The translations under genes were made by a program, and so were the position numbers. A stretch of 64,000 bases of DNA. Origin: Macrostomum lignano. Taxonomy: Eukaryota. This document shows, piece after piece, positions 48,791-61,279 of this stretch. The stretch spans positions 80,679 to 144,678 of the forward strand of contig NIVC01002735.1 of the NCBI GenBank assembly GCA_002269645.1, given 5' to 3'. Under the pieces are notes generated by a model. It was given only the letters and a program-made list of their open reading frames with translations, did not search any database and was not told the origin of the DNA. Each line of letters opens with the position of its first letter. The first letter of the stretch is position 1.

Positions 48791-49665
48791 ATCCCACGGA
48801 AGAACTGCAGGGCTGTGGGGGCGGTGACCTACGGCAGTAAAAAGTGCAGCCGAATTCCCGCTGCGCAAGGCAGCGATATGGAAGCAGGTTTCCTATTGTT
48901 CTCCTAGCCGATCCCGGATGGCCCGGAGAGGCTGAACCCGTTCCCGTTGAATGAATGAATGCTTTGTTTTTTTGTTATTCTGTTATCGTCCCGACACTGA
49001 GCTGCTAGTTGCTATCCGGTGTGACTTCTCTGTTGGCAGGCAGTTGGGTATGTTGTGTTCGTGCGCCCTTGTTTTCGTACAAACCCCCTTTGCGGCGGAG
49101 ACAAATACACGCTGGAAGTCGCACCGTGTCAGGTGTAGCATTTCTCAGGCCTTTCACCGTGTTGCTCATTCGCTTTCATTGATGGAGGCGGTGGAAAAGT
49201 ACAGCATGGGCTAAATATGGCATTTTTGTGGGGAACTCTGGCTAGGATGGCGAGCAGCTGGGGGGACTGTTGAGTTTGGAGTGCGGCAGCAGCTCGTCTC
49301 TAATTTTGTTGACAGGCGCTCCCGGCTAAATATGGCTCAGGCCTTAGTTGCCTTATTTGCCTGCTGCACTTGAGTCGGGGGATGATGGATGGTGCACATT
49401 GTTTCACTTCCCTTCCCTGCCCTACTCGGCATTGCCCCATTATTAGTCTAAAGGGGGTGGGTTGAGGGGTGAGGAGCGACTCGCTGTCTTGCTGCTTTCT
49501 TACGTTTTTTGTCCCACTTTCTTGCCACCCAGCTCCGGGTGAGCGCATTGTCTCTGCCGTGTCCATATTTGGCAATGTTAGCTTCTGCAGAAGTTTTTTG
49601 CTGTATTTGCAAACAGCTTTACCTGTGTTAATTTCTGTGCCAGTTCTAATGACAGTAGCCGTAAT

Positions 49666-50535
49666 ATGACCTGGCAGTGGCAGGTGTTAATTGCTGGCTT
49701 TATGACCTGGCAGTGGCAGGTGTTAATTGCTGGCTTTATGACCTGGCAGTGGCAGGTGTTAATTGCTGGCTTTATGACCTGGCAGTGGCAGGTGTTAATT
49801 GCTGGCTTTATGACCTGGCAGTGGCAGGTGTTAATTGCTGGCTTTATGACCTGGCAGTGGCAGGTGTTAATTGCTGGCTTTATGACCTGGCAGTGGCAGG
49901 TGTTAATTGCTGGCTTTATGACCTGGCAGTGGCAGGTGTTAATTGCTGGCTTTATGACCTGGCAGTGGCAGGTGTTAATTGCTGGCTTTATGACCTGGCA
50001 GTGGCAGGTGTTAATTGCTGGCTTTTTGACCTGGCAGTGGCAGGTGTTAATTGCTGGCTTTATGACCTGGCAGTGGCAGGTGTTAATTGCTGGCTTTATG
50101 ACCTGGCACTGGCAGGTGTTAATTTCTGGCTTTATGACCTGGCACTGGCAGGTGTTAATTTCTGGGTTTATGACCTGGCACTGGCAGGTGTTAATTGCTG
50201 GTTTTATGACCTGGCAGTGGCAGGTGTTAATTGCTGGCTTTATGACCTGGCAGTGGCAGGTGTTAATTTCTGGCTTTATGACCTGGCACTGGCAGGTGTT
50301 AATTTCTGGCTTTATGACCTGGCACTGGCAGGTGTTAATTGCTGGTTTTATGACCTGGCAGTGGCAGGTGTTAATTGCTGGCTTTATGACCTGGCAGTGG
50401 CAGGTGTTAATTTCTGGCTTTATGACCTGGCACTGGCAGGTGTTAATTTCTGGCTTTATGACCTGGCACTGGCAGGTGTTAATTGCTGGTTTTATGACCT
50501 GGCAGTGGCAGGTGTTAATTGCTGGCTTTATGACT
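49666..50535. repeat. 36-bp minisatellite (ATGACCTGGCAGTGGCAGGTGTTAATTGCTGGCTTT)n, about 24 units
   Basis: 12-aa periodic translation MTWQWQVLIAGF. Confidence 0.97.
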
Positions 50536-50939
50536 CAGTGGCATAAAAAGATTGCGCACATCAAAAGCTTTTATCAAATTCATGTTTTTGATTCGCATAA
50601 ATTAGCAAGCTTTTGTATTCGCTTTGTTATCTCTTCATGATTTTTGTGCGTTTATTGCCATGGCTCATTGCTTTTGACATTCGATTTGTAGCTCACGTGT
50701 GAGTGCTTGTTAGCTAGTAAATATATAATTGACCATTTGGTCAGCTTCTTTGTTTGAAGCCATCGCTTTTTTAGTTCTCATTTTTACACTGCCTACAGTG
50801 ATAGCTGGATTGCGTGTGCATCAATTGTGCATATAGGACAGGAATTGCTTGTGAAATGTGTTGCACTGCAGATTCTGAAATGGTTTGGTTACTCTGTATG
50901 GGCGAACCGTAAATGAGCAAAGCGAAGACCGTAAATAGG

Positions 50940-51975
50940 ATAACAGGGACCGTAAACAGGCACAGCGGAGACCGTGAATAAGCAAACCAGGGACCGTGAA
51001 CAGGCACAGCGGAGACCGTGAATAGGCAAGGCGGAGACCGTGAATAGACAAACCAGAGACCGTGAATAGGCAAGGCGGAGACCGTGAATAGGCACAGCGG
51101 AGACCGTGAATAGGCAAACCGGAGACCGTGAATAGGCACAGCGGAGACCGTGAATAGGCAAACCGGAGACCGTGAATAGGCAAACCGGAGACCGTGAATA
51201 GGCAAACCAGAGACCATGAATAGGCAAGGCGGAGACCGTGAATAGTCAAACCAGAGACCGTGAATAGGCAAGGCGGAGACCGTGAATAGGCAAACCAGAG
51301 ACCGTGAATAGGCAAAGCGGAGACCGGGAATGGGCAAACCGGAGACCGTGAATAGGCAAGGCGAAGACCGTGAATAGGCAAACCGGAGACCGTGAATAGG
51401 CAAACCAGAGACCGTGAATAGGCAAGGCGGAGATCGTGAATAGGCAAACCAGAGACCGTGAATAGGCAAACCAGAGACCGTGAATAGGCAAACCAGAGAC
51501 CATGAATAGGCAAACCAGAGACCATGAATAGGCAAGGTGGAGACCGTGAATAGATAGGCAAGGCGGAGACCGTGAATAGGCAAACCAGAGACCGTGAATA
51601 GGCAAACCAGAGACCGTGAATAGGCAAACCAGAGACCGTGAATAGGCAAACCAGAGACCGTGAATAGGCAAGGCGGAGACCGTGAATAGGCAAACCAGAG
51701 ACCGTGAATAGGCAAACCAGAGACCGTGAATAGGCAAACCGGAGACCGTGAATAGGCAAACCAGAGACCGTGAATAGGCAAACCGGAGACCGTGAATAGG
51801 CAAACCAGAGACCGTGAATAGGCAAACCAGAGACCGTGAATAGGCAAGGCGGAGACCGTGAATAGGCAAACCAGAGACCGTGAATAGGCAAACCAGAGAC
51901 CGTGAATAGGCAAACCAGAGACCGTGAATAGGCAAGCCAGAGACCGTGAATAGGCAAGGCGGAGACCGTGAACAG
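50940..51975. repeat. 22-bp minisatellite (GAGACCGTGAATAGGCAAACCR / AGGCG)n
   Basis: 22-aa cyclic translation. Confidence 0.96.
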
Positions 51976-52467
51976 GCACGGGAGCACGTTATTTCTCCCT
52001 ACGATATTCCCGCATCTTCTAATTTCTGCGGGAAAAGTTCCGCATCTGTCTAGGCCGCCCCCATTTTTATAAATAGAAGAAAAGGATTTTGAGCCATGCA
52101 GGGCAGACAAAAAGAGCCGTGTTCTGAAGGAAGAAGGCAGATAGACGGGAGGAAATTATTAGTTTGCGCAGACTCTGCTACACAAGCCTGCGCCAGTGAC
52201 CGTGTGGGTTGATAGCCTAGCAGCAGGGGCGGTCCTCTCCATCCCTGCCGTCCCGTTCGTGACTGAGCTGGGGGGCGGCCCCGAGTTCGAAACTCGCCGA
52301 ACGGGGGCGGCATTGCAATAAAAATAGAAGAAGTTCGCCCGGCCTGATTGATGGCTGATGAACTAGCTAATAGCTCAAGTTCGCTCGCGTGCATGCGGCT
52401 CCGATTGCAGCTGCTCCCGAGGCGTGTAGTTCTGAATTTCAGTATATGTGAAGTGGAGGCAGCATCA

Positions 52468-52990
52468 GTTTACTCCAGAGTGTGGCTGTGAAACTCCATG
52501 GCTTGAGCATCGATCAGTTAACTCCAGAGTGTGGCTGTGAAACTCCATGGCTTGAGCATCGATCAGTTAACTCCAGAGTGTGGCTGTGAAACTCCATGGC
52601 TTGAGCATCGATCAGTTAACTCCAGAGTGTGGCTGTGAAACTCCATGGCTTGAGCATCGATCAGTTAACTCCAGAGTGTGGCTGTGAAACTCCATGGCTT
52701 GAGCATCGATCAGTTAACTCCAGAGTGTGGCTGTGAAACTCCATGGCTTGAGCATCGATCAGTTAACTCCAGAGTGTGGCTGTGAAACTCCATGGCTTGA
52801 GCATCGATCAGTTAACTCCAGAGTGTGGCTGTGAAACTCCATGGCTTGAGCATCGATCAGTTAACTCCAGAGTGTGGCTGTGAAACTCCATGGCTTGAGC
52901 ATCGATCAGTTAACTCCAGAGTGTGGCTGTGAAACTCCATGGCTTGAGCATCGATCAGTTAACTCCAGAGTGTGGCTGTGAAACTCCATG
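52468..52990. repeat. 49-bp near-perfect tandem array, about 10.6 units
   Basis: TTAACTCCAGAGTGTGGCTGTGAAACTCCATGGCTTGAGCATCGATCAG repeated head to tail with no spacers. Confidence 0.97.
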
Positions 52991-53765
52991 GCGCCATGGC
53001 AACACGAGATTAAACAGGCAGGCACGGGGGGTTGCTGCTCAACACGTTCACTTACTTTTTGCCTTCTCTTCCCAGGCGTTCTGAGTTTGGGATTTCCTTT
53101 TTTGGCCACTAGAATATGAAGAGGCCGGGCTGATTTTATCCACTGCCTGCCCCGCCCTGCCACAGCGAATGTCAAAGCAGCCCTCTGCTCTCCTTTTTTC
53201 TGCTGCTCAAAAGATTTCCTAATAGCAGCGGCGGCGATGGGGTTGGGGATGAAATAAAAACATTTTTGTAGCTGGACATGGGATTTCGGGCAATGTCTAT
53301 TTTTAGTATGCTGGGAGATTTCCTTATTTATCCAACACAAGGAAGCAAAGATATAAAATTTTCTTTGCCATGCGAGCCTGTTGTGGATATGCTTTATGTT
53401 TTATCAAAACTGCTCCATAAGTGATGTAGCTGCTGTCCTGCTTTCAAAGAGCGATTTTCCAAGAAAAGCTGTTGTTGCAAATCAAATGTTTCCTAAATTA
53501 GTTTTCAAGCACAAATGGCTTGCTACAATAGTTCTTAAAAAAGTGGGTTTCCTAGAAGAGGTCTAAAATGTGATGTGTTTCTTAGAAAGGACTTGTATAT
53601 ATTTCTTAGAAAAGAACTCAATCGGAAGCTCAGCATAACAAATATCTCTACAGTTCCTGAGAAAAAAGAGTACAGTTTTTTAAGCTTCATTTTCCGCTGG
53701 CCTTCCAGGAAGACCACGACAGCTTTCTAACTGCAGGTGGCAGTGGCTTCGGCGGCCATGTTGCC

Positions 53766-54270
53766 ATGGCAACTGACCTGCTGCGCCGTCTGCCTGGCCG
53801 CCAGCAGCAGCAGCAGCTGCGCAGCCTCGACGATCTCGGCGACGTCGTTGAGTTTTTCAGCGAGGTTTTCGCGCTCACCTGCCCGGAGGCCGCGACTTCC
53901 GTGCTTGACGAAGGCGGCGGCGCTGACGGTCTCGATAAACTGCGCGGCATCATCGACAGTCTGGCGGATGACGTCATCGGAGTGTCGCTGTCGCACATCC
54001 GGCCGGAGGACGTGCTGGCCCGGGACCGGACGGCCGTCGGCAACCTGGTGGAGATTTTCCACGGCTTGGCCGAGTTCGCGCCCGACCTGGAGGCCGCCGC
54101 TGAGCCGCCGAGGACGTCAGCCATCGAGGCGGCGGTCGATGCGCGACCGCCTCCGCGTGCGGCTGCTGACGAGTTTCGGCCGGCAACCCCGCCGAGGCCG
54201 TCGGAGAATTCAAAACGGCAGCAGACAGCGGCGGCGGCTGCGCATATCGACTATGATAGCCCTGGTTAGC

Positions 54271-54333
<63 letters not shown>

Positions 54334-54346
54334 GTGTCTGTCTGTG

Positions 54347-54397
<51 letters not shown>

Positions 54398-57300
54398 GTC
54401 GCAGGCCCAACTAAATCGCCAACCCGCAGCCCTGGAGATGCCGCCCTCGCTGCGCCGCTCCTACGAGCAGCTGCACCGGCTGGCGGACCGGACGCTGCGC
54501 CTGTCCAGGGAGGCGGTCACCGCTCCGGCCCCGGCAGCCAGCCGACTGGAGGACGACTCAGAGGACAGCGACGCCGGAGACAAATTTCAGCGCGGCCAGC
54601 AGTTGCGTTGGCGTCGGGCTTCGGAGGGCGCCGAGTTCAGAAATGATAACACAGAGAGTGATGAAGCTCCAGACGATGCCGCTTCAGCTTCCGACGGTGG
54701 AGATTCCGGGGTTGGCGGCGGCGGCGGTGAGGGTGGCGGCCGCGGCGGCCTCTGCTGCGGCCTGCCGGCCACATCGCCTCGCGCCAGGCTTGCGGGCTAC
54801 GCGGAGGAGCACGCGGTCCGGGTGGAGGAGGAGCGCCTGCGGCTGCGGCGGCTGCAGCGCGAGCGACAACTGCGGCTGGCTGCCGAGGCTGGTGGGCGGG
54901 CCGACGGGGTTCGTGAAGCTGCTGTGGCTGCGTGCTGGGCGATGGGACTGAGAAATGAAAGACTGGGAGTCTCAGCCTTGGTGATGCAGAGCTGATAGGC
55001 TGGACGAGGTGGACTGAGCGTGTGGGAAATGAAGTACTGAGAGTCTGGAAGATGAAGTACCGAGAGTCTGAGAGATGGAGTACCGAAAATCTGGGAGATG
55101 AAGTACTGAGAGTCTGAGAGATGAAGGACCGAGAGTCTGGGAGATGAAGGACCGAAAGTCTGGGAGATGAAGTACCGAGAGTTTCGGAGATGAAGGACCG
55201 AGAGTCTGGAAGATGAAGGACCGAGAGTCTGGGAGATGAAGGACCGAGAGTCTGGAAGATGACGGACTGAGAGTGGACTGAGAGTCAGCAGACGAAAGGG
55301 CAACAGGGTAATCGAACTTATTTCAGAACTCAAACTTATTGATTTTTTGAACTCTCCAAAAACCCTCAGAGAGACACAGCGGCGGCAGCCGAGACGGCGA
55401 TGCTGACAGAGCGCCGCAGGCAGCTGGAGGCGGCCTACCGGCAGTCCGAGCGGCAGCTGCGGGACGAAGTAGGCGGAGGTCGGGGCCGCGGCGGCGGCCT
55501 CATCAAGAGCCGGGCGAGGCAGTGCCCTATAAAACAGGTGAAGGTTGTTGGGCCATGAACTTTTTATCATAGCTTATGCTAGCATTTGCTAGAATTTACC
55601 TTAGATCAGGGTCCAGACCAGCCTCAGACAATGGCCCAGACCAGCCTCAGACAATGGCCCAGACCAGCCTCAGACAATGGCCCAGACCAGCCTCAGACAA
55701 TGGCCCAGACCAGCCTCAGACAATGGCCCAGACCAGCCCCAGACAATGGCCCAGACCAGCCTCAGACAATGGCCCAGACCAGCCTCAGACAATGGCCCAG
55801 ACCAGCCTCAGACAATGGCCCAGACCAGCCTCAGACATTGGCCCAGACCAGCCTCAGGCAATGGCCCAGACCAGCCTCAGGCAATGGCCCAGACCAGCCT
55901 CAGACAATGGCCCAGACCAGCCCCAGACAATGGCCCAGACCAGCCTCAGACAATGGCCCAGACCAGCCTCAGACAATGGCCCAGACCAGCCTCAGACAAT
56001 GGCCCAGACCAGCCTCAGACAATGGCCCAGACCAGCCTCAGACAATGGCCCAGACCAGCCTCAGACATTGGCCCAGACCAGCCTCAGGCAATGGCCCAGA
56101 CCAGCCTCAGACAATGGCCCAGACCAGCCTCAGGCAATGGCCCAGACCAGCCTCAGACAATGGCCCAGACCAGCCTCAACCCTCCCCATTCCTAACCGCG
56201 CAGGCCAAGCAGCAGCGCCAGCGCCGTCCGGCTGCCCACGGCGACCCCCAGCTGCTGCCGGAGCTGCTGTCCGAGTTCCCCTTCCTAGACGTGTCCGAGG
56301 CCACCCTCAGGCAGATGCGGGACCGCCTGGACCGCCACAGCCGCCACATGGCCGCCACGGCGGCTTCGGCTAGCCGAGGCGCCGGCGGCCGCGGGAACAA
56401 GGCGGCGGCTGTTGTGACGGACGCGGAGCGGCGGCAGCGGCTGCTGGTGGAGTCGCTCAGGCGGGAGGCGGCCGCTGCGGAGCGGCAGCGCGAGCAGTCG
56501 GAGAGGCGCGCGGCGGCGATTCGAGTCCGGGCTCTCGATCGGGAGCGGCGCAGTGAGTCGGCGAAGGCCAGGCAGTACTATGACCAGTTCGTTGCCAGGC
56601 AACGGGCTCGCATGCTGGCCAAGCGGTCTGTGGAGGAGCAGGTGAGACTTAGAAGTACCTTGATGTACTTTTTTCTGACTGAGGCCTTTACCGACCTGAT
56701 TACCGGACACTCTTCCTCAAAGTGAATCCCTGTAAGACTGGGAGTTTTAATTAATCCGCATTGAAAGCGGGCCGGATTTGCACTTTGTTTCATTTGCCAG
56801 GGCCATCCGCCCAGGGCCGGCGCTACGGCCGCTTCTCAGACAGAAAACCAGTTCTTGAGGACAACTGACCTGTTCTTGAGGACAACTGACCTGTTCTTGA
56901 GGACAACTGACCTGTTCTTGAGGACAGCTGACCTGTTCTTGAGGACAACTGACCTGTTCTTGAGGACAACTGACCTGTTCTTGAGGATAACTGACCTGTT
57001 CTTGAGGACAGCTGACCTGTTCTTGAGGACAACTGACCTGTTCTTGAGGACAGCTGACCTGTTCTTGAGGACAACTGACCTGTTCTTGAGGACAACTGAC
57101 CTGTTCTTGAGGACAACTGACCTGTTCTTGAGGACAGCTGACCTGTTCTTGAGGACAACTGACCTGTTCTTGAGGACAGCTGACCTGTTCTTGAGGACAA
57201 CTGACCTGTTCTTGAGGACAGCTGACCAGTTCTTGAGGACAACTGACCTGTTCTTGAGGACAACTGACCTGTTCTTGAGGACAACTGACCTGTCACCTGT

Positions 57301-59218
57301 TCTTGAAGACAACTGACCTGTTCTTGATGACAGCTGACCTGTTCTTGAGGACAGCTGACCTGTTCTTGAGGACAGCTGACCTGTTCTTGAGGACAACTGA
57401 CCTGTTCTTGAGGACAACTGACCTGTTCTTGAGGACAACTGACCTGTTCTTGAAGACAACTGACCAGTTCTTGAGGACAACTGACCTGTTCTTGAGGACA
57501 ACTGACCTGTTCTTGAGGACAGCTGACCTGTTCTTGAGGACAACTGACCTGTTCTTGAGGACAACTGACCTGTTCTTGAGGACAGCTGACCAGTTCTTGA
57601 GGACAACTGACCAGTTCTTGAGGGCACTCAACTCTGCATTGCGTCAGTTCACCCAGCTGTAAAATGGGTGCCGGCATTAGCTGGGGTAATTGAGGGTGCG
57701 TGTGGCGACCCCCCCCCAGTCCTTGGACTGAACAGCCGTACGCAGCCTTCAGATGCGCCGCGCAAAAGCTGCAGCTGCAGGGCAGGTGTAATCAATTTCT
57801 TATTATTGAGAGGCAACTGACCAGTTCTTATGTGTCAGTTCTTGTCTGTCAGCTCTTATGTATCAGCTATTTTCTCCAGTTTAAATTCCATATATTTTCT
57901 CATCTGGCGATATGTATGGAAAAATTAGTTTCCGCACTGAATCGAGGTGCAACTTTAGCAAACTTCTCTAGAATTAAGGAAGCCGCTTGTGTGCGGGGCT
58001 TCCAGAAAAAAAGAGGGCCGGTCGTTGAGCCCCTCGACCCTGCGATCTCTCGAGTAATATGCACTAGTCAGGGAGGAGATGACACCTCTAGGTCACTCCT
58101 GCTCGGAGCTCGAGAAGTGCTGAGAAGGCTCTTCCGCCTATAATATAATTGCTTTTGAGTGGCTTCCTTTCAGCAGCTCAGGCCCCACCTTTTTGCCTGA
58201 TCGCCTGATTGTGACTGACCGCCATTCGTGTTTTAATTTGCACTTTTGTCTGCTTTTGCAGCTTCCCTGCAGTTTGAGAGCACTTTGATCTTAGCAGCAG
58301 CCCAGCCCAAAGTCCATGTTCTTATCATTCACATAGAATCCCAATTTTATCCTTGAGTCTCCCATTTTTCTCGAAATCTGCATTCTACGAGCTACATCTC
58401 TCTTTTCTTAGAGTCGCAGTTTAAATCTCTTGTCTCTTAGAGTCCCTATTTGAAATATCTTCAATCGCTATTAAAAAATACAGATTTCTTAAAATTCACA
58501 TTTGAAGTATCCAAATTTCTTAGAATTCACATTTGAAACATTCAGGTTTCTTAGAATCCACATTTGAAATTCCGTGATTTCGTAGATACCCCAATTTCAA
58601 ATATCCGGATTTGCTAGAATCCCAATTTGTTATCCTGGTTTCTTAGAGATCATCCTTAGATTTCTTAGAATCCCTATTTTTTATATAATTTCTTAGATTT
58701 TCCATTTAAGAAATATATTTCTTAGAATCCTCTCACTGAGGCCACTTCACCGGGCGCTGTCTCACTACTGTACAGCCAGTGCAAACCAGCATCCATCATC
58801 TCAGCTCATCTCTCCTTGTCAGGTCTTTCGCCGCCTGTTCACTGAGGCGCTGCAGCTGCAGCGTCAGCGAATTCGCGAGCACCGGACTCGAGCCCGGGAC
58901 CATCAAGCCGAGCTGCACAAGCGGACGGCGGACGAAGTGGCCTCGATGGAGAATTTCTACAGGGACCGGTTCGCCATGCTGGCCGAGTCTCTGGCCACTG
59001 AGCGGCGCGAGCTGCAGGTCCGGGAGCGAGCTCACGACCACCTGGTGCGCGGCCTGTCCCGCGACCTTCGCCGCCGCATGGAGACCGAGGTGCGCGACAT
59101 CCAGGAGCAGCTGGCTCGCGACCAAGACGATGCCCACTTCAGGCAGCTGGACGCCGACCAGGTGCTCGCCAGGCTTTACTCCAGGATGGCCGAACCGCCG
59201 CGGCTCCATGCCGTGTGA
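53766..59218 (+). CDS. CEP95: Centrosomal protein CEP95; exons about 53766-54264, 54430-~54890, ~55380-55536, 56204-56641, 58823-59218
   Basis: N-terminal IIDSLADDVIGVSLSHIRPEDVLARDRTAVGNLVEIFHGL and C-terminal ARQYYDQF..RARML..EEQ|VFRRLF..SMENFYRDRFAMLAE..RRRMETEVRDIQEQL..FRQLDA match recalled CEP95 motifs. Boundaries of the middle exons are approximate. Confidence 0.88.
54270..54396. repeat. (TGTC)n microsatellite, CEP95 intron 1
   Basis: Direct. Confidence 0.98.
55020..55270. repeat. 23-bp array (GAGAGTCTGGGAGATGAAGKACC)n, CEP95 intron 2
   Basis: 23-nt period. Confidence 0.88.
55610..56178. repeat. 23-bp array (CAGACCAGCCTCAGACAATGGCC)n, CEP95 intron 3
   Basis: 23-aa cyclic translation. 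Confidence 0.96.
56850..57622. repeat. 21-bp array (GTTCTTGAGGACAACTGACCT)n, CEP95 intron 4
   Basis: 7-aa periodic translation RTTDLFL. Confidence 0.96.
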
Positions 59219-59219
59219 T

Positions 59220-59745
59220 TGTCATGTAATGCTCTGCTGTGTCATGTCGTGCAGTACCATGTCATGTCATGTCATGTTATGCTGTGTCATGTCATGTAAT
59301 TTTATGTCATGTCATGTCATATCATGTAGTGTCATGTCATGTCATGTCATGCCATGTAGTGACATTTAATGTAATGCCATATCATGTAGTGTCATGTCAT
59401 GTCATATCATGTAGTGTCATGTCATGTCATGTCATGTCATGTAGTGTCATGTCATGTAGTGTCATGTCATGTCATGTCATATCATGTAGTGTCATGTCAT
59501 GTCATGTCATGTAGTGTCATGTCATGTAGTGTCATGTCATGTCATGTAGTGTCATGTCATGTCATGTCATATCATGTAGTGTCATGTCATGTCATGTCAT
59601 GTAGTGTCATGTCATGTCATGTAGTGTCATGTCATGTCATGTCATATTATGTAGTGTCATGTCATGTCATGTCATGTAGTGTCATGTCATGTCATGTAGT
59701 GTTATGTCATGTCATGTCATGTAGTGTTATGTCACACCATGTCAT
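59220..59745. repeat. (TGTCA)n pentamer with CATGTAGTGT variants, directly after the CEP95 stop
   Basis: Direct. Confidence 0.96.
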
Positions 59746-61279
59746 GCTGTGTGGCACTACTCCATGGCAGTGCCGATCTCATCTACGAGTACATGCACCC
59801 ATATTTAGACAATTTCCGTTCGCTAGCATGTGTTTAGCGCAAAATCAATTAGTTCTCTATTTTTAGCTGGCCTGACTAGCTAATGTTTCGATTGAGTGTA
59901 TAAAAGCACTTTTTCAGTCCAGGCTCAGGCGGCGAGTTTCAGCATCGGGCACGGATGAAGAGGTGCCAACTGTCCCATTTATTTGCTTAATTTTGTGCCA
60001 TTTAACGCTGAGCGCTACGAGCGGGCTTTGACAGCCATCATCTATGCCTGGCATCATTTTATTGTCAACTCTCCAATTTTTAAGCGTTTCAATTATTTAA
60101 GACTTAAATAGCAATTTAAATCGGTTGCTTATTAAAAGCTACAATAAATTTGGGCTTTTTGTTAATTACTTTCCTTTTGCCAAGTATAATTGCATGTATT
60201 ATTATCCTTCCACAGAACTTGTATCCTTTACTAATGACTTCTCCGTCCTGAGACCAAAAATATAATCGTACAATTAATTCCATACATAAGTAGCCTAGTG
60301 CAGCCTATCTTCCTTGATAATGTGCTCACGTGAAATAATCGTTTTTGTTTTCTTTCTCTTTTCGACACTTGGCGTGTGCTTTTATAGAATTAACATGTAC
60401 GGTAACATAGAGAATCTATTACCAACTATAGAGATAAAATATATACTCCTGACCAAATGCAAAGTGGATTAGGGGTTAGATATTAAAGCAAACTGCCAAC
60501 GGCACAGCCGCTATAATTTTAGGCTTGCACCTATCAAAGTGAAAAAATGCTTGCTTTTCGAAATTAATTCGCATCCTTTCAAAAAACCGCGTGAAATTTC
60601 TAGAAAACATATTACTGTACTGTATTTCTATACCGTTCCATAGAACTGGTGGAATGATAAATAACTAGTTTTGTCATGTAGCTATAAAATAATCAATGTG
60701 TCATGTGTCTTGTTTTGTTAGTATTTTTAGTGGGAAAAATTAAAAAATGGAAAAATAACCCATTAACCAGCAACTGTCTCTAGAAAAGTTTTGATGATAT
60801 ACGACTAACGGTTTTTTGTTTCTTTTTAGACTACTATAACAAATGAAACAATTAAAATAAGTTTTTAAGTTGTGAATATAAAAATAATCTTAAAATTTTG
60901 CACAAATATTTGCTTATATAATTGGAACATCTTTGTACAAGCTTTGTTTTTTCAGCCCATGTTTTCATTATCTGGTACTTGTTTAATATGGGCAGAGTTT
61001 TATATTTAGTTCAATTCAACAGCATAGCTTTATCAAGTTCAGTGTTTTGCGTTTGCATTTATAATATTAAAAAAGTAGCTGACTTTCAATTTACTAATCA
61101 TATGTATTCGTTTAGCTCTATGTAAACTTTTCTTTAGTAAGGTTCACATCCACGTCTAGTTTTGAATCACTGGCACTGGAGATAAGGCAGTTCAAGAAAG
61201 TACTGAAGAGTGAAGATAAATGTCTATGCAGCTCTTTTTATATTATTTTCTACTAGAATAAGAATACAATTATACAAAG

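Noticed and set aside
52468-52990. CRISPR array (also considered for the 20-, 24-, 31- and 36-bp arrays)
   Set aside because: Repeats are head to tail with no unique spacers, no cas genes are present, and the context is eukaryotic.
35073-57677. Long ORFs at 35073, 35141, 36898, 49666, 49677, 50771, 50821, 55576 and 56823
   Set aside because: They are periodic translations of tandem arrays that happen to lack stops, often open in several frames; some lie in introns.
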